Origin: Vulcanimicrobiota bacterium
GTDB taxonomy: Bacteria; Vulcanimicrobiota; Vulcanimicrobiia; Eremiobacterales; Eremiobacteraceae
NCBI GenBank assembly: GCA_963812135.1
Contig: CAWETU010000005.1
Coordinates: 224,001 to 288,000, forward strand
DNA: 64,000 bases
Direction of reading: 5' to 3'
Within the stretch, counting starts at the first letter, position 1. Every line of letters starts with the position of its first letter. Position numbers and translations under genes: made by a program. Below are positions 8,053-16,130 of this stretch, piece by piece. Under the pieces are notes generated by a model. That model ran no database searches and was not told the origin of the DNA. It worked only from the letters and a program-made list of their open reading frames with translations.

Positions 8053-9765
8053 ATGTTCCTATTCGTCTTTCTCATCGGCGCGTTGCTCTCGCGTGCGAAC
8101 GCCGATTGGCCCACCTATGGGTACTCCTACGACAACACGCGGCATACGCCGCTTGTCCAGATCGATGCGCGCAACGTCACGTCGCTCGCCAAAGCGTGGG
8201 AGTATCAGGACTCTGCGTATGGTCAGATGGAGTCATCGCCCATCGTCGTCAATGGCACGATGTATCTGACCACTGGCGAGTACGACGGCGTGATCGCCCT
8301 CGACGCGGCGACCGGCGCAAAGAAGTGGGAGTTCACCCCGACGCTCGGTCGTTTCTACTTCTGCTGCGCCAAAGCCAACCGCGGCGTGGCCATCGCTGAC
8401 GGGCTCGTGTTCCTCGCCACGCTCGACGGCCGTCTCATCGCGCTCGATCAGCGTTCGGGATCGAAGCGCTGGGAGACAGCGGTCGGCGATCCGCTCGATG
8501 GCTTTAGCGAGACGATGGCGCCGCTCGTGTGGTCGGGCATGGTCCTCATCGGCAGCTCTGGCGGCGACTTCGGCATTCGCGGCTCGTTCTCGGCGTACCG
8601 CGCGTCGAATGGAAAACTGCTGTGGCGCTGGTGGTCGACGAATCCTGGTTGGGAAGGTTCGTTCGTTCCGAGCGTGCACGGCTATTCGCTGCATCGCGAC
8701 ATCGCGCAAGAACGTGCGGACGCGCCCCGCTATCGCGACGCGTGGCGCCATGGCGGCGGGGCGGCCTGGATGACTCCAGCGCTGGATCCGAGCGGTGCGA
8801 CGATCTATCTTTCGACGGGCAACCCGTCGCCCAGCTATAACGCGGAGACACGCCCCGGCGACAACCTGTACACGAATTCAATCGTCGCGTTAGATGCCCG
8901 AACCGGCCGCATGCGCTGGTACTACCAAGAGACGCCGCACGACGTGTGGGATTACGACGCCGCCAGTCCCCCGCTCTTATTCGACGCACTCGATCGGCAT
9001 GGCCGGCGCACGCACGCCGTCGGCGAAGCTGGCAAGACCGGCTGGCTATATGTGCTCGACCGCTCGACCGGACGTGAACTACGCGTCTCTCAGAACGTCG
9101 TGCCGCAGCGCGACATGTATGCCGCTCGCGGCAATGCGACGATGGAACCCGGCGTCCAGGGCGGCGCTATCGGACCTGCATCGTACGATCCACGCTTGCA
9201 CCTGGTCTTCATCGCCGCCGTGGACGGCCCCGATCTGCATTTGCCTGCGCCCGCCAACGCTCGACGCCCGGACAAGCTCTGGCTAGCCGGAAGCACGCAA
9301 GCGACGAGTCACACGCTCAACTATCTCTGCGCGGTCGATCCCGACACCGGCCGTCTGGTGTGGCGCCGGCATCTCTCAGGCGGCCCGGGCGAGCGCTTCA
9401 ATCTCGGTTTTATCAGCGGGTCGCTATCGTCCGGTGACATCGTCTTTGTGCCCGAGCCGAACGGCACGTTCTATGCGCTTGACGCCGGCACAGGCGACGT
9501 TCTCTGGCGATACGCAGTCGGTTTGGGCGACGTTCCGACGACGCAGAACGACATGACGTTTTCGGAACGGCTCCAAGCGTCTGCTCGCGCGCTGTTCGTG
9601 AAGCTCTTCGATCGGCCGGAGGGCCCGCCCGAGCACGCGCGCCTTGACGCCCCGCCCATCCGTTATGTCGTGAACGGTCGCGAATATATCGCGCTGTGCG
9701 CCGATGTCTTCTCCGGCGGAGTGGAGCGCAACGTCGTGATGTCGTTCGCGCTTCCCACGCGTTGA
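8053..9765 (+). CDS. PQQ-dependent dehydrogenase-like beta-propeller (alcohol dehydrogenase type)
   Basis: Signal peptide, ADWPTYG, vicinal CC (FCCAKANRG), STGNP, RPGDNLYTNSIVALDA, HDVWDYDA and Trp-docking repeats. Confidence 0.9.
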   Translation: MFLFVFLIGALLSRANADWPTYGYSYDNTRHTPLVQIDARNVTSLAKAWEYQDSAYGQMESSPIVVNGTMYLTTGEYDGVIALDAATGAKKWEFTPTLGRFYFCCAKANRGVAIADGLVFLATLDGRLIALDQRSGSKRWETAVGDPLDGFSETMAPLVWSGMVLIGSSGGDFGIRGSFSAYRASNGKLLWRWWSTNPGWEGSFVPSVHGYSLHRDIAQERADAPRYRDAWRHGGGAAWMTPALDPSGATIYLSTGNPSPSYNAETRPGDNLYTNSIVALDARTGRMRWYYQETPHDVWDYDAASPPLLFDALDRHGRRTHAVGEAGKTGWLYVLDRSTGRELRVSQNVVPQRDMYAARGNATMEPGVQGGAIGPASYDPRLHLVFIAAVDGPDLHLPAPANARRPDKLWLAGSTQATSHTLNYLCAVDPDTGRLVWRRHLSGGPGERFNLGFISGSLSSGDIVFVPEPNGTFYALDAGTGDVLWRYAVGLGDVPTTQNDMTFSERLQASARALFVKLFDRPEGPPEHARLDAPPIRYVVNGREYIALCADVFSGGVERNVVMSFALPTR

Positions 9766-11348
9766 CACGCGCGATCGCGGTCATCCTCGGTGTCCTGCTC
9801 GGACTTCTCGCGCTAAGCTGGCCGCTCGCCTCCGAACGTCGCCAACCATTTCTTGAAGACGGCGACCTGGTGATGAGCTCGGTCGAAGGACCCGCAGCCT
9901 GCGCCGTGTCGTACGATGGCTTCATCTGGTACGAGGTCGGGCCGGGTGACTTCCCGCCAATCGCGCTGCGGCACAGCCGATGCCCGGCTGGTTCGCGTCT
10001 CGTCGCGCGGCTGAGTCCGCCGGTGCCGGCATGGGCCGTGCCGAGCGGCCGGACGCAAGCGCTGTTCGTCGCCGCGTCGTTTCACGAGATCCCGTCGCGC
10101 GCTGGCATGATGAGGCTTGCGCAGCTCGCGCATCGCTACGCGATTCCGGTGACCTGGATGACCGGACAGCCCGCGACGTTCGACGTGACGGGTGACCTCT
10201 ACGATTCTTATCACCGCCAGTACGGCGACGATTTGCAGACGCGGCCGACGAACCACAATCCGAACGCAGTGTCGCAAACGCCGACTCATTTCGCGCAGTT
10301 GGCCGCGCGGCGTTTTGCGTGGTTCCGGCCGACGGTCGCAATCGAGGGCAGCGGGTACGAGCGCGGCATCGCCTCAGACTTCAATGAGGGGTATCGATCG
10401 TTCTGGGGCATCGCGTGGAACTCGCATGGCTTGGACAACGACTACGATGAAGGCACACCCTGGGGAGCGTACTGCGCGGATCCTGCTTCGTATCGGCGGC
10501 CGGCCGGCGACGGCTCGTGCAGCCTTGTCGGTCTGGAATGGACAGCTCGCGACCTGACGCGCGCCGCGATCAGCGACCACGAGGAATTCTACTCCACCGA
10601 TCCCGATGATTTGCAAGTGGCGGGATTCGATCGACTGAGCGGCGTGTCATACGCACGCGCGTTGGTCGATGCGTATGCAGCGGCCGGCGCAACGCAGCCA
10701 CTTGTTATGGTCGTTCAGCAAGAGACCGATCAGATGGAGCACGCGCCGTTCTGGTCCGATGTTTCGACGTCGAGCGTCATACTCGACGCCCTCTACGCGG
10801 AAGCGAAAGCGGACGGGATGCGCGCGTTGACCATGTCCGATGCCGCGCACGAAGCAGCGCGCTTTGCCGCGCAGCCGCGCGCGATCGCCTTTCCTTATAT
10901 AGCGACCATTGCCGTGCCCGAGGCGTGGGCGCCGTGGTCGTATCGCGGGCCATACCCAGCGACGATCGACTACCACGACACGAAAGCTGGGATGAGCTTT
11001 GTGGAAGGCCGCACGACGCCGGTTCGGGTGTTTCCCTACGATCGCGCGCGGACGTCCAGCTCCTTCTTGACGCTTCCGCGACTCGAGCGTTCGGAGATGC
11101 CGAAACTCGTCGGCGCGGAGTTTCACGACAAGACGCTGACGCTCGACTTCGATTCGCTAGTTGCGGTCCGCTACGGCGTCGCGTTGTGGAGCGATCCGGA
11201 GAAGATCCGATGGAGCTCCGCGCACGCGCAGATCACGTACGCTGGCCGCGCAGGAGCGGTCGCGGCATTTGACTTGCCGCGCGGTCGTTCAACACTGGTC
11301 TTGACCTGCGCTGGATGCAACGGATCGCCGTTCCCGCTAGCGCCGTAG
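9762..11348 (+). CDS. Secreted/membrane-anchored hypothetical protein (possible deacetylase/glycoside hydrolase-like barrel)
   Basis: TTG start overlaps the upstream stop. N-terminal hydrophobic segment and LAHRYAIPVTWM motif. Confidence 0.7.
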   Translation: MTRAIAVILGVLLGLLALSWPLASERRQPFLEDGDLVMSSVEGPAACAVSYDGFIWYEVGPGDFPPIALRHSRCPAGSRLVARLSPPVPAWAVPSGRTQALFVAASFHEIPSRAGMMRLAQLAHRYAIPVTWMTGQPATFDVTGDLYDSYHRQYGDDLQTRPTNHNPNAVSQTPTHFAQLAARRFAWFRPTVAIEGSGYERGIASDFNEGYRSFWGIAWNSHGLDNDYDEGTPWGAYCADPASYRRPAGDGSCSLVGLEWTARDLTRAAISDHEEFYSTDPDDLQVAGFDRLSGVSYARALVDAYAAAGATQPLVMVVQQETDQMEHAPFWSDVSTSSVILDALYAEAKADGMRALTMSDAAHEAARFAAQPRAIAFPYIATIAVPEAWAPWSYRGPYPATIDYHDTKAGMSFVEGRTTPVRVFPYDRARTSSSFLTLPRLERSEMPKLVGAEFHDKTLTLDFDSLVAVRYGVALWSDPEKIRWSSAHAQITYAGRAGAVAAFDLPRGRSTLVLTCAGCNGSPFPLAP

Positions 11349-11365
11349 AGCCTCCGGGTCGTGTA

Positions 11366-12715
11366 TTAGTACTCCGAGTGTTCTAAATCCAGATCCGAAA
11401 ACGCCGTAAATTTCTTGTCGAAGCGCAGCATCACCGTGCCCGTCGGACCGTTGCGTTGCTTCGCGATGATCAGCTCGGCGATGTTCTCGTTCTCGGGCGT
11501 CGGCGGGTTGTAGTAGTCGTCGCGGTAGATGAACGCGACCACATCGGCTTCTTGCTCGATGCCGCCCGACTCGCGCAAATCGGAGAGCAGCGGCCGTTTA
11601 TCGTTGCGCATCTCGGGCGAGCGATTGAGCTGCGCGAGGGCGACGACCGGCACCTTGAGCTCTTTCGCCAGCGTCTTGAGGCCGCGGCAGATGTCGTCGA
11701 TGATCTCGACGCGGTTGGTCGCGCGAGCATTGCTCGATTGCAGCAGCTGGAGATAGTCGACGATGATCAGGTCGAGCCCGTACTTGGCATGCAGGCGGCG
11801 GGCGCGCGAGCGGACCTCGCTCACTCGGAGCGCTGCGGAGTCGTCGATCTGGATCGACAGGTCCGCTAGCTCGCCCATCGCGGCGGAAATCTTGCCCCAG
11901 TCGTCGTCCTTGATGTTGCCGCTGCGCAGCCGCTGCGCATCGATCTTCGATTCAGAGGAGAGCAGGCGCTGGATGAGCTGGTTGCTGCTCATCTCCAACG
12001 AGAACACGGCGACCGAGCGGCCCGCCTGCTTCGCCGCGTGTACCGCGACGTTGAGCGCGAGCGACGTCTTGCCCATGGACGGCCGGGCCGCGATGATCAC
12101 GAGCTCGCCGGCTTGGAAGCCCGCCGTGAAGTGGTCGAGCGCTTTGAAGCCCGAGGGGACGCCGGTGATCTGGCCCTGCTGATGGTAGAGTTTGTTGATC
12201 TGTTCGAAGGCCGGCTTGAGCAGGTCTTTGACCTGCGTGAAGCCGCCTTGCTGGCGATGGCCGATCTGGAAGATCATCTGCTCGCACTGGTCGAGCGTCT
12301 CTTCCACGTCTTCGGTGGGCTCGAAGCCCGCTACGGAGATCCGTCCCCCCGCCGTGATGAGCGCGCGCAGTATGGCCTTCTCCGCCACGACCTTCGCGTA
12401 GTACTCGGCCGACGCGGTCGTGGGGACCGCGTTGAGCAGCTGGGTCAAAAAGTCGAGTCCGCCGACGTCATCGAGCAAGCGGCGCCTGCGCAGCTCTTCG
12501 GCGACCGAGATCTTGTCGACCGGCTCGCCGCGCTCGTACAGCGCGCTGATGACCTCGTACATCGTGCCGTGATGCGGCGCGTAGAAGTCCTCGCGCCTGA
12601 CGATTTCGCCGACGATCGGCACAAGCTCACGATCGACCATCAACGAACCAAGAACCGCCTGCTCGGCGTCGAGGTTCTGCGGCGGGATGCGATCGATCGG
12701 GGATGCCAATGCCAT
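11366..12715 (-). CDS. dnaB: Replicative DNA helicase
   Basis: PPQNLDAEQAVLG, AARPSMGKT, IVDYLQL and DLRESGGIEQEAD. Confidence 0.99.
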   Translation of the reverse strand: MALASPIDRIPPQNLDAEQAVLGSLMVDRELVPIVGEIVRREDFYAPHHGTMYEVISALYERGEPVDKISVAEELRRRRLLDDVGGLDFLTQLLNAVPTTASAEYYAKVVAEKAILRALITAGGRISVAGFEPTEDVEETLDQCEQMIFQIGHRQQGGFTQVKDLLKPAFEQINKLYHQQGQITGVPSGFKALDHFTAGFQAGELVIIAARPSMGKTSLALNVAVHAAKQAGRSVAVFSLEMSSNQLIQRLLSSESKIDAQRLRSGNIKDDDWGKISAAMGELADLSIQIDDSAALRVSEVRSRARRLHAKYGLDLIIVDYLQLLQSSNARATNRVEIIDDICRGLKTLAKELKVPVVALAQLNRSPEMRNDKRPLLSDLRESGGIEQEADVVAFIYRDDYYNPPTPENENIAELIIAKQRNGPTGTVMLRFDKKFTAFSDLDLEHSEY

Positions 12716-12772
12716 GATGCTACATTACATCACACGGCGATGACGTCTGGCAAGTTCTTCGAGCGTATTTCT

Positions 12773-12848
12773 TGTGGAGAGCGCGTGGAGAGAAATTGGG
12801 GATAACGCGAATAGTGCCCGGCGAATCCGCCGAGCACTATATCTTGTG
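12773..12848. promoter_or_regulatory. DnaA-box-like cluster and NrdR-box-like palindrome upstream of dnaB
   Basis: TGTGGAGAG at 12773, CGTGGAGAG at 12784 and TGGGGATAA at 12797 (consensus TGTGGATAA). CACTATATCTTGTG at 12835-12848. Confidence 0.55.
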
Positions 12849-12868
12849 TCTCTTTCGCGACGAAATAT

Positions 12869-13315
12869 CTATTCCGCGACGACGCGCACGATGAGCTTTG
12901 CGTTCACGCCAGGGACAAGCTTGACGGTGACCTCGTGGTCGCCGGCGCTCTTGATCGGCTCCTCGAGCTCGATCTTGTGGCGGTCGATCTCGATCGCCAG
13001 CGACGCCTGTACCGCTTCGGCGACCTGTGCGTTGGTCACCGCGCCGAACAGCTTGCCGCTCTCGCCCGCCTTGGCGGGGATGACGATCGGCTTGCCCTCG
13101 AGCCTGGCGGCCAATTCCCTCGCGTCGGCCAACGCGACGGCGGCGCGCTTATCGTGGGCGGCGCGCTGCGACTCGGCTTGCGCGAGGTTGCCGCGCGTCG
13201 CCTCGACGGCGATCCCGCGCGGCAGCAAGAAGTTGCGCCCGTAACCGTCGGCGACGCTGTGGATCTCGCCGGCGGCGCCGAGCCCCTTGTGGTCCTTCTT
13301 CAGTATGACTTTCAC
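12869..13315 (-). CDS. rplI: 50S ribosomal protein L9
   Basis: MKVILKKD...[14 protein letters not shown]...GKLFGAVT. Confidence 0.98.
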   Translation of the reverse strand: MKVILKKDHKGLGAAGEIHSVADGYGRNFLLPRGIAVEATRGNLAQAESQRAAHDKRAAVALADARELAARLEGKPIVIPAKAGESGKLFGAVTNAQVAEAVQASLAIEIDRHKIELEEPIKSAGDHEVTVKLVPGVNAKLIVRVVAE

Positions 13316-13317
13316 GC

Positions 13318-13581
13318 TCACTCCGCAGCGAACGACAGCAGCGCGATAACGCGGGCGCGCTTGATCGCAGAGGTCACTGCGCGCTGGTGCTTGGCGCACG
13401 TGCCCGAGATGCGGCGCGGCACGATCTTGCCGCGTTCCGATACGTACTTGCGCAGCTTGGGCGTATCTTTGTAATCGATCTCGGTGATCTTGTCGACGCA
13501 GAAAGAGCAGACTTTGCGTTTGGGCTTGCGCTCAACGCCGTTCTTCTTCTTCGGCCTCTTCATCTTAGTGCGAGGTGGCAT
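13318..13581 (-). CDS. rpsR: 30S ribosomal protein S18 (zinc-motif type)
   Basis: CSFC...IDYKD...[20 protein letters not shown]. Confidence 0.99.
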   Translation of the reverse strand: MPPRTKMKRPKKKNGVERKPKRKVCSFCVDKITEIDYKDTPKLRKYVSERGKIVPRRISGTCAKHQRAVTSAIKRARVIALLSFAAE

Positions 13582-14028
13582 TTAAAACGGAACCTCTTCC
13601 TCTGACTCGGCGTCGAATTTGTACTCGGGAAGGTCGCTCGCCGGCGCCGCCGGACGATCGCTTGCCGCGCCCGCATTGCCAGCACCACCCGCGCCGCCTG
13701 GGCGCGAATCGAGCATCTGGAAGTCGTCGGCGACGACTTCGACTGCGGTGCGACGGTTGTTATCTTTGTCGGTGTACTCGCGGATCTGCAGGCGGCCGGC
13801 GATCAACACAAGCCGACCCTTCTGCAAGAACTCGGCCGCGCGCTCGGCGCGCTGACGCCAAACGCTCACGCCGAAGAAATCGGTCTGCTTCTCGCCGCCG
13901 TCACGGCCGCGCGGGCGGTCGACGGCGATGCGAAACGACGTCACGGGGATGCCCGCTTGCGTCTGACGCAGTTCCGGGTCGGCGACGAGTCTGCCGACCA
14001 AAACGATGTGGTTATAAGCTCCGGCCAC
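13582..14028 (-). CDS. ssb: Single-stranded DNA-binding protein
   Basis: NHIVLVGRLVADPELR and an acidic tail ending EEEVPF. Confidence 0.99.
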   Translation of the reverse strand: MAGAYNHIVLVGRLVADPELRQTQAGIPVTSFRIAVDRPRGRDGGEKQTDFFGVSVWRQRAERAAEFLQKGRLVLIAGRLQIREYTDKDNNRRTAVEVVADDFQMLDSRPGGAGGAGNAGAASDRPAAPASDLPEYKFDAESEEEVPF

Positions 14029-14048
14029 GATAGGAATCCTCCGTTAGT

Positions 14049-14330
14049 TCAATCTCTGATGAGGAGGGCGCGAAGCACGTCATCGTGCAGCCGCAGCTGG
14101 CGGATCGCCTCTTTGGCAGAATCCGCCGAGCCGTCGAACTTCATGCAGATGTAGTGACCTTCGCGTTGTTTCTTGATTTCGTAGGCCAGCCGTCTCTTGC
14201 CCATCGGTTCGATGGTGATCTCGCTGGCGCCGTTGTTCTTCACGACGTCGGAGAAATGCGAAGACAGCTCGATGACCTGCGGGTCTTCGAGCGCGGGGCG
14301 AAGGATGTACGTGATCTCGTAAAGCGACAC
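14049..14330 (-). CDS. rpsF: 30S ribosomal protein S6
   Basis: YEITYILRP...MGKRRLAYEIKK...EGHY. Confidence 0.99.
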   Translation of the reverse strand: MSLYEITYILRPALEDPQVIELSSHFSDVVKNNGASEITIEPMGKRRLAYEIKKQREGHYICMKFDGSADSAKEAIRQLRLHDDVLRALLIRD

Positions 14331-14415
14331 AGTGCGTGCGCTGCCTCCCCATGGGCGGTGGCTTGTCCTGACCGGCGCTTGGGAGCGCCGCGGGCGAGCA
14401 GGAAGGATAGTGTGT
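14331..14415 (-). promoter_or_regulatory. Possible S6:S18 autoregulatory mRNA leader
   Basis: Structured 5' leader with a GGCGC/GCGCC hairpin and a pyrimidine tract (CCTTCC) able to pair with the GGGGAGG Shine-Dalgarno. The position is typical, but the model fit was not verified. Confidence 0.3.
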
Positions 14416-14483
14416 AGTCCCGGCTACTTGAGCCGGGCCTCGCGATCAAAATCGCGAGACTACACGCAAGCCCAGGCAGTATA

Positions 14484-15560
14484 TCACACGTTTTGACGGG
14501 CTGACAAGCCGGAAAGCGACGTAATCAACTGATGCGGGATGGTTCCCGCTCGCTGTGCGACTTCGTCGAGCCGCACACCGTCCTCGTCGCCGACCACGGT
14601 CGCCTCGTCGCCCGGACGCACCGTGACGCCGTACGGCACGCGGATCATCGTGAAATTCATGCCGATCGCGCCGACGATGGCGCAGCGCTCGCCGTGCAAA
14701 CGGATCTGGCCGCCGCCGGCGAGCGCGCGCGGCACGCCGTCCGCGTAACCCAACCGCAACGTGACGATGACCTCGCCCGGCTTGGCGATACCGGCGCCGC
14801 CGTAGCCGAGCGTCGTCGCGTTCTCGAACTGTTTCGCGTAGAGCACGGTGGCGCGCAGCGAGATCGCGGTGCGCAGCGGCAAGCCCCGGATCTGCCCGCC
14901 CGGCGATGCGCCGTACAGACCGACGCCGATGCGCGCCGCCGAACCGCCGACACCCCATAACGTCGGTGCGGTCGCCGCGACATGGTCGATCGGCACGGGC
15001 AGGCCCGTTTGGCGCATCGCGTCGACGGCCATATAGAATTGATCGAGCTGCGCCAGCATCTGCTCGCGGCTGGCGATGTGCGTCCACGCGCCCTCCCAAC
15101 GCACTCCGGGGAGCGTGCGCACGGCGCCTGCGAACGACGACGCTCGGTCGGACTGGATGCCGCTCCAGCCCGTGCCCGTCTCGACCGCCACGTGCGCAAC
15201 CGCGATCTTTCCGATTCTGAGCGCATGGGCCGAGAGCGCCTTGGCGTGCGCGACGTCTTCAATGGTGACCGCGACATTCTGCCTGATCGCGATTTCGAGC
15301 TCTTCCATCGGCGTGGTCCACACGTGGATGATCGGCGCCGTGATGCCAAGCTCGCGCAGTTGGAGGGCTTCAGCGATATCGACGACGCACAGACGCTGCG
15401 CGCCGGCGTCGATGCACGTGCGCGCGACGCGCTCCAAACCCAATCCGTACGCGTTGGACTTGACGACCGCCCACAACTCGCGACCCGCGAGATACCCGAG
15501 CCACGAGCGCACGTTGTGGTCGAGCACCTTGAGGTCGAGCTCGAACCTCGGCTCCTTCAC
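14484..15560 (-). CDS. alr: Alanine racemase family PLP enzyme
   Basis: AVVKSNAYGLG (PLP lysine), ETGTG, LGYG and LGYADGVPR. Confidence 0.9.
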   Translation of the reverse strand: MKEPRFELDLKVLDHNVRSWLGYLAGRELWAVVKSNAYGLGLERVARTCIDAGAQRLCVVDIAEALQLRELGITAPIIHVWTTPMEELEIAIRQNVAVTIEDVAHAKALSAHALRIGKIAVAHVAVETGTGWSGIQSDRASSFAGAVRTLPGVRWEGAWTHIASREQMLAQLDQFYMAVDAMRQTGLPVPIDHVAATAPTLWGVGGSAARIGVGLYGASPGGQIRGLPLRTAISLRATVLYAKQFENATTLGYGGAGIAKPGEVIVTLRLGYADGVPRALAGGGQIRLHGERCAIVGAIGMNFTMIRVPYGVTVRPGDEATVVGDEDGVRLDEVAQRAGTIPHQLITSLSGLSARQNV

Positions 15561-15668
15561 GGCAAGTGCCCGTCCCCGACGGAAAGAATCAAACTCCTGG
15601 CACCCCCTGGATCCGCATTGACGGCGGTCAGCGTCAGGACCTTGAGCCCAAAGTCCCGACGAAAATGT

Positions 15669-16118
15669 TCAAAACAGCTTTCTCGAGTCGAGCAGAATCG
15701 TCACCGGACCTTCGTTGACCAAGCTCACGCGCATCTGCGCGCCGAACACGCCGGTCTGCACGTCAAGCCCTTCGCGGCGCAGCAACGCGACGACGCGGTC
15801 AAAGAGCGGCTTGGCGGCCTCGCCCGGCGCGGCATCTATAAAGGAAGGGCGACGCCCCTTGCGCGCGTCGCCGTGCAGCGTGAACTGCGAGACCGCGAGC
15901 ACCGCGCCACCGACGTCGGCGAGCGATAGGTTCATATCGCCGGCCTCATCGTTGAAGATGCGCAGTCCGGCGATCTTCGCGGACAGCGCGCTTGCATCTT
16001 CGTCGGTGTCGTCGCGGCCAACCCCGACGAGTGCCAAGAAGCCTCGCCCGATCTCGCCTATGACCGCGCCGTCGACCTCGACGGATGCAGAACTGACGCG
16101 CTGTACGACCGCTCGCAC
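15669..16118 (-). CDS. dtd: D-aminoacyl-tRNA deacylase
   Basis: [13 protein letters not shown] and NEGPVT. Confidence 0.99.
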   Translation of the reverse strand: MRAVVQRVSSASVEVDGAVIGEIGRGFLALVGVGRDDTDEDASALSAKIAGLRIFNDEAGDMNLSLADVGGAVLAVSQFTLHGDARKGRRPSFIDAAPGEAAKPLFDRVVALLRREGLDVQTGVFGAQMRVSLVNEGPVTILLDSRKLF

Positions 16119-16130
16119 GGCTGCGAGCGC

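Noticed and set aside
15561..15668. Hairpins between dtd and alr as a riboswitch
   Set aside because: Two short stems are present, but there is no known aptamer signature or terminator.
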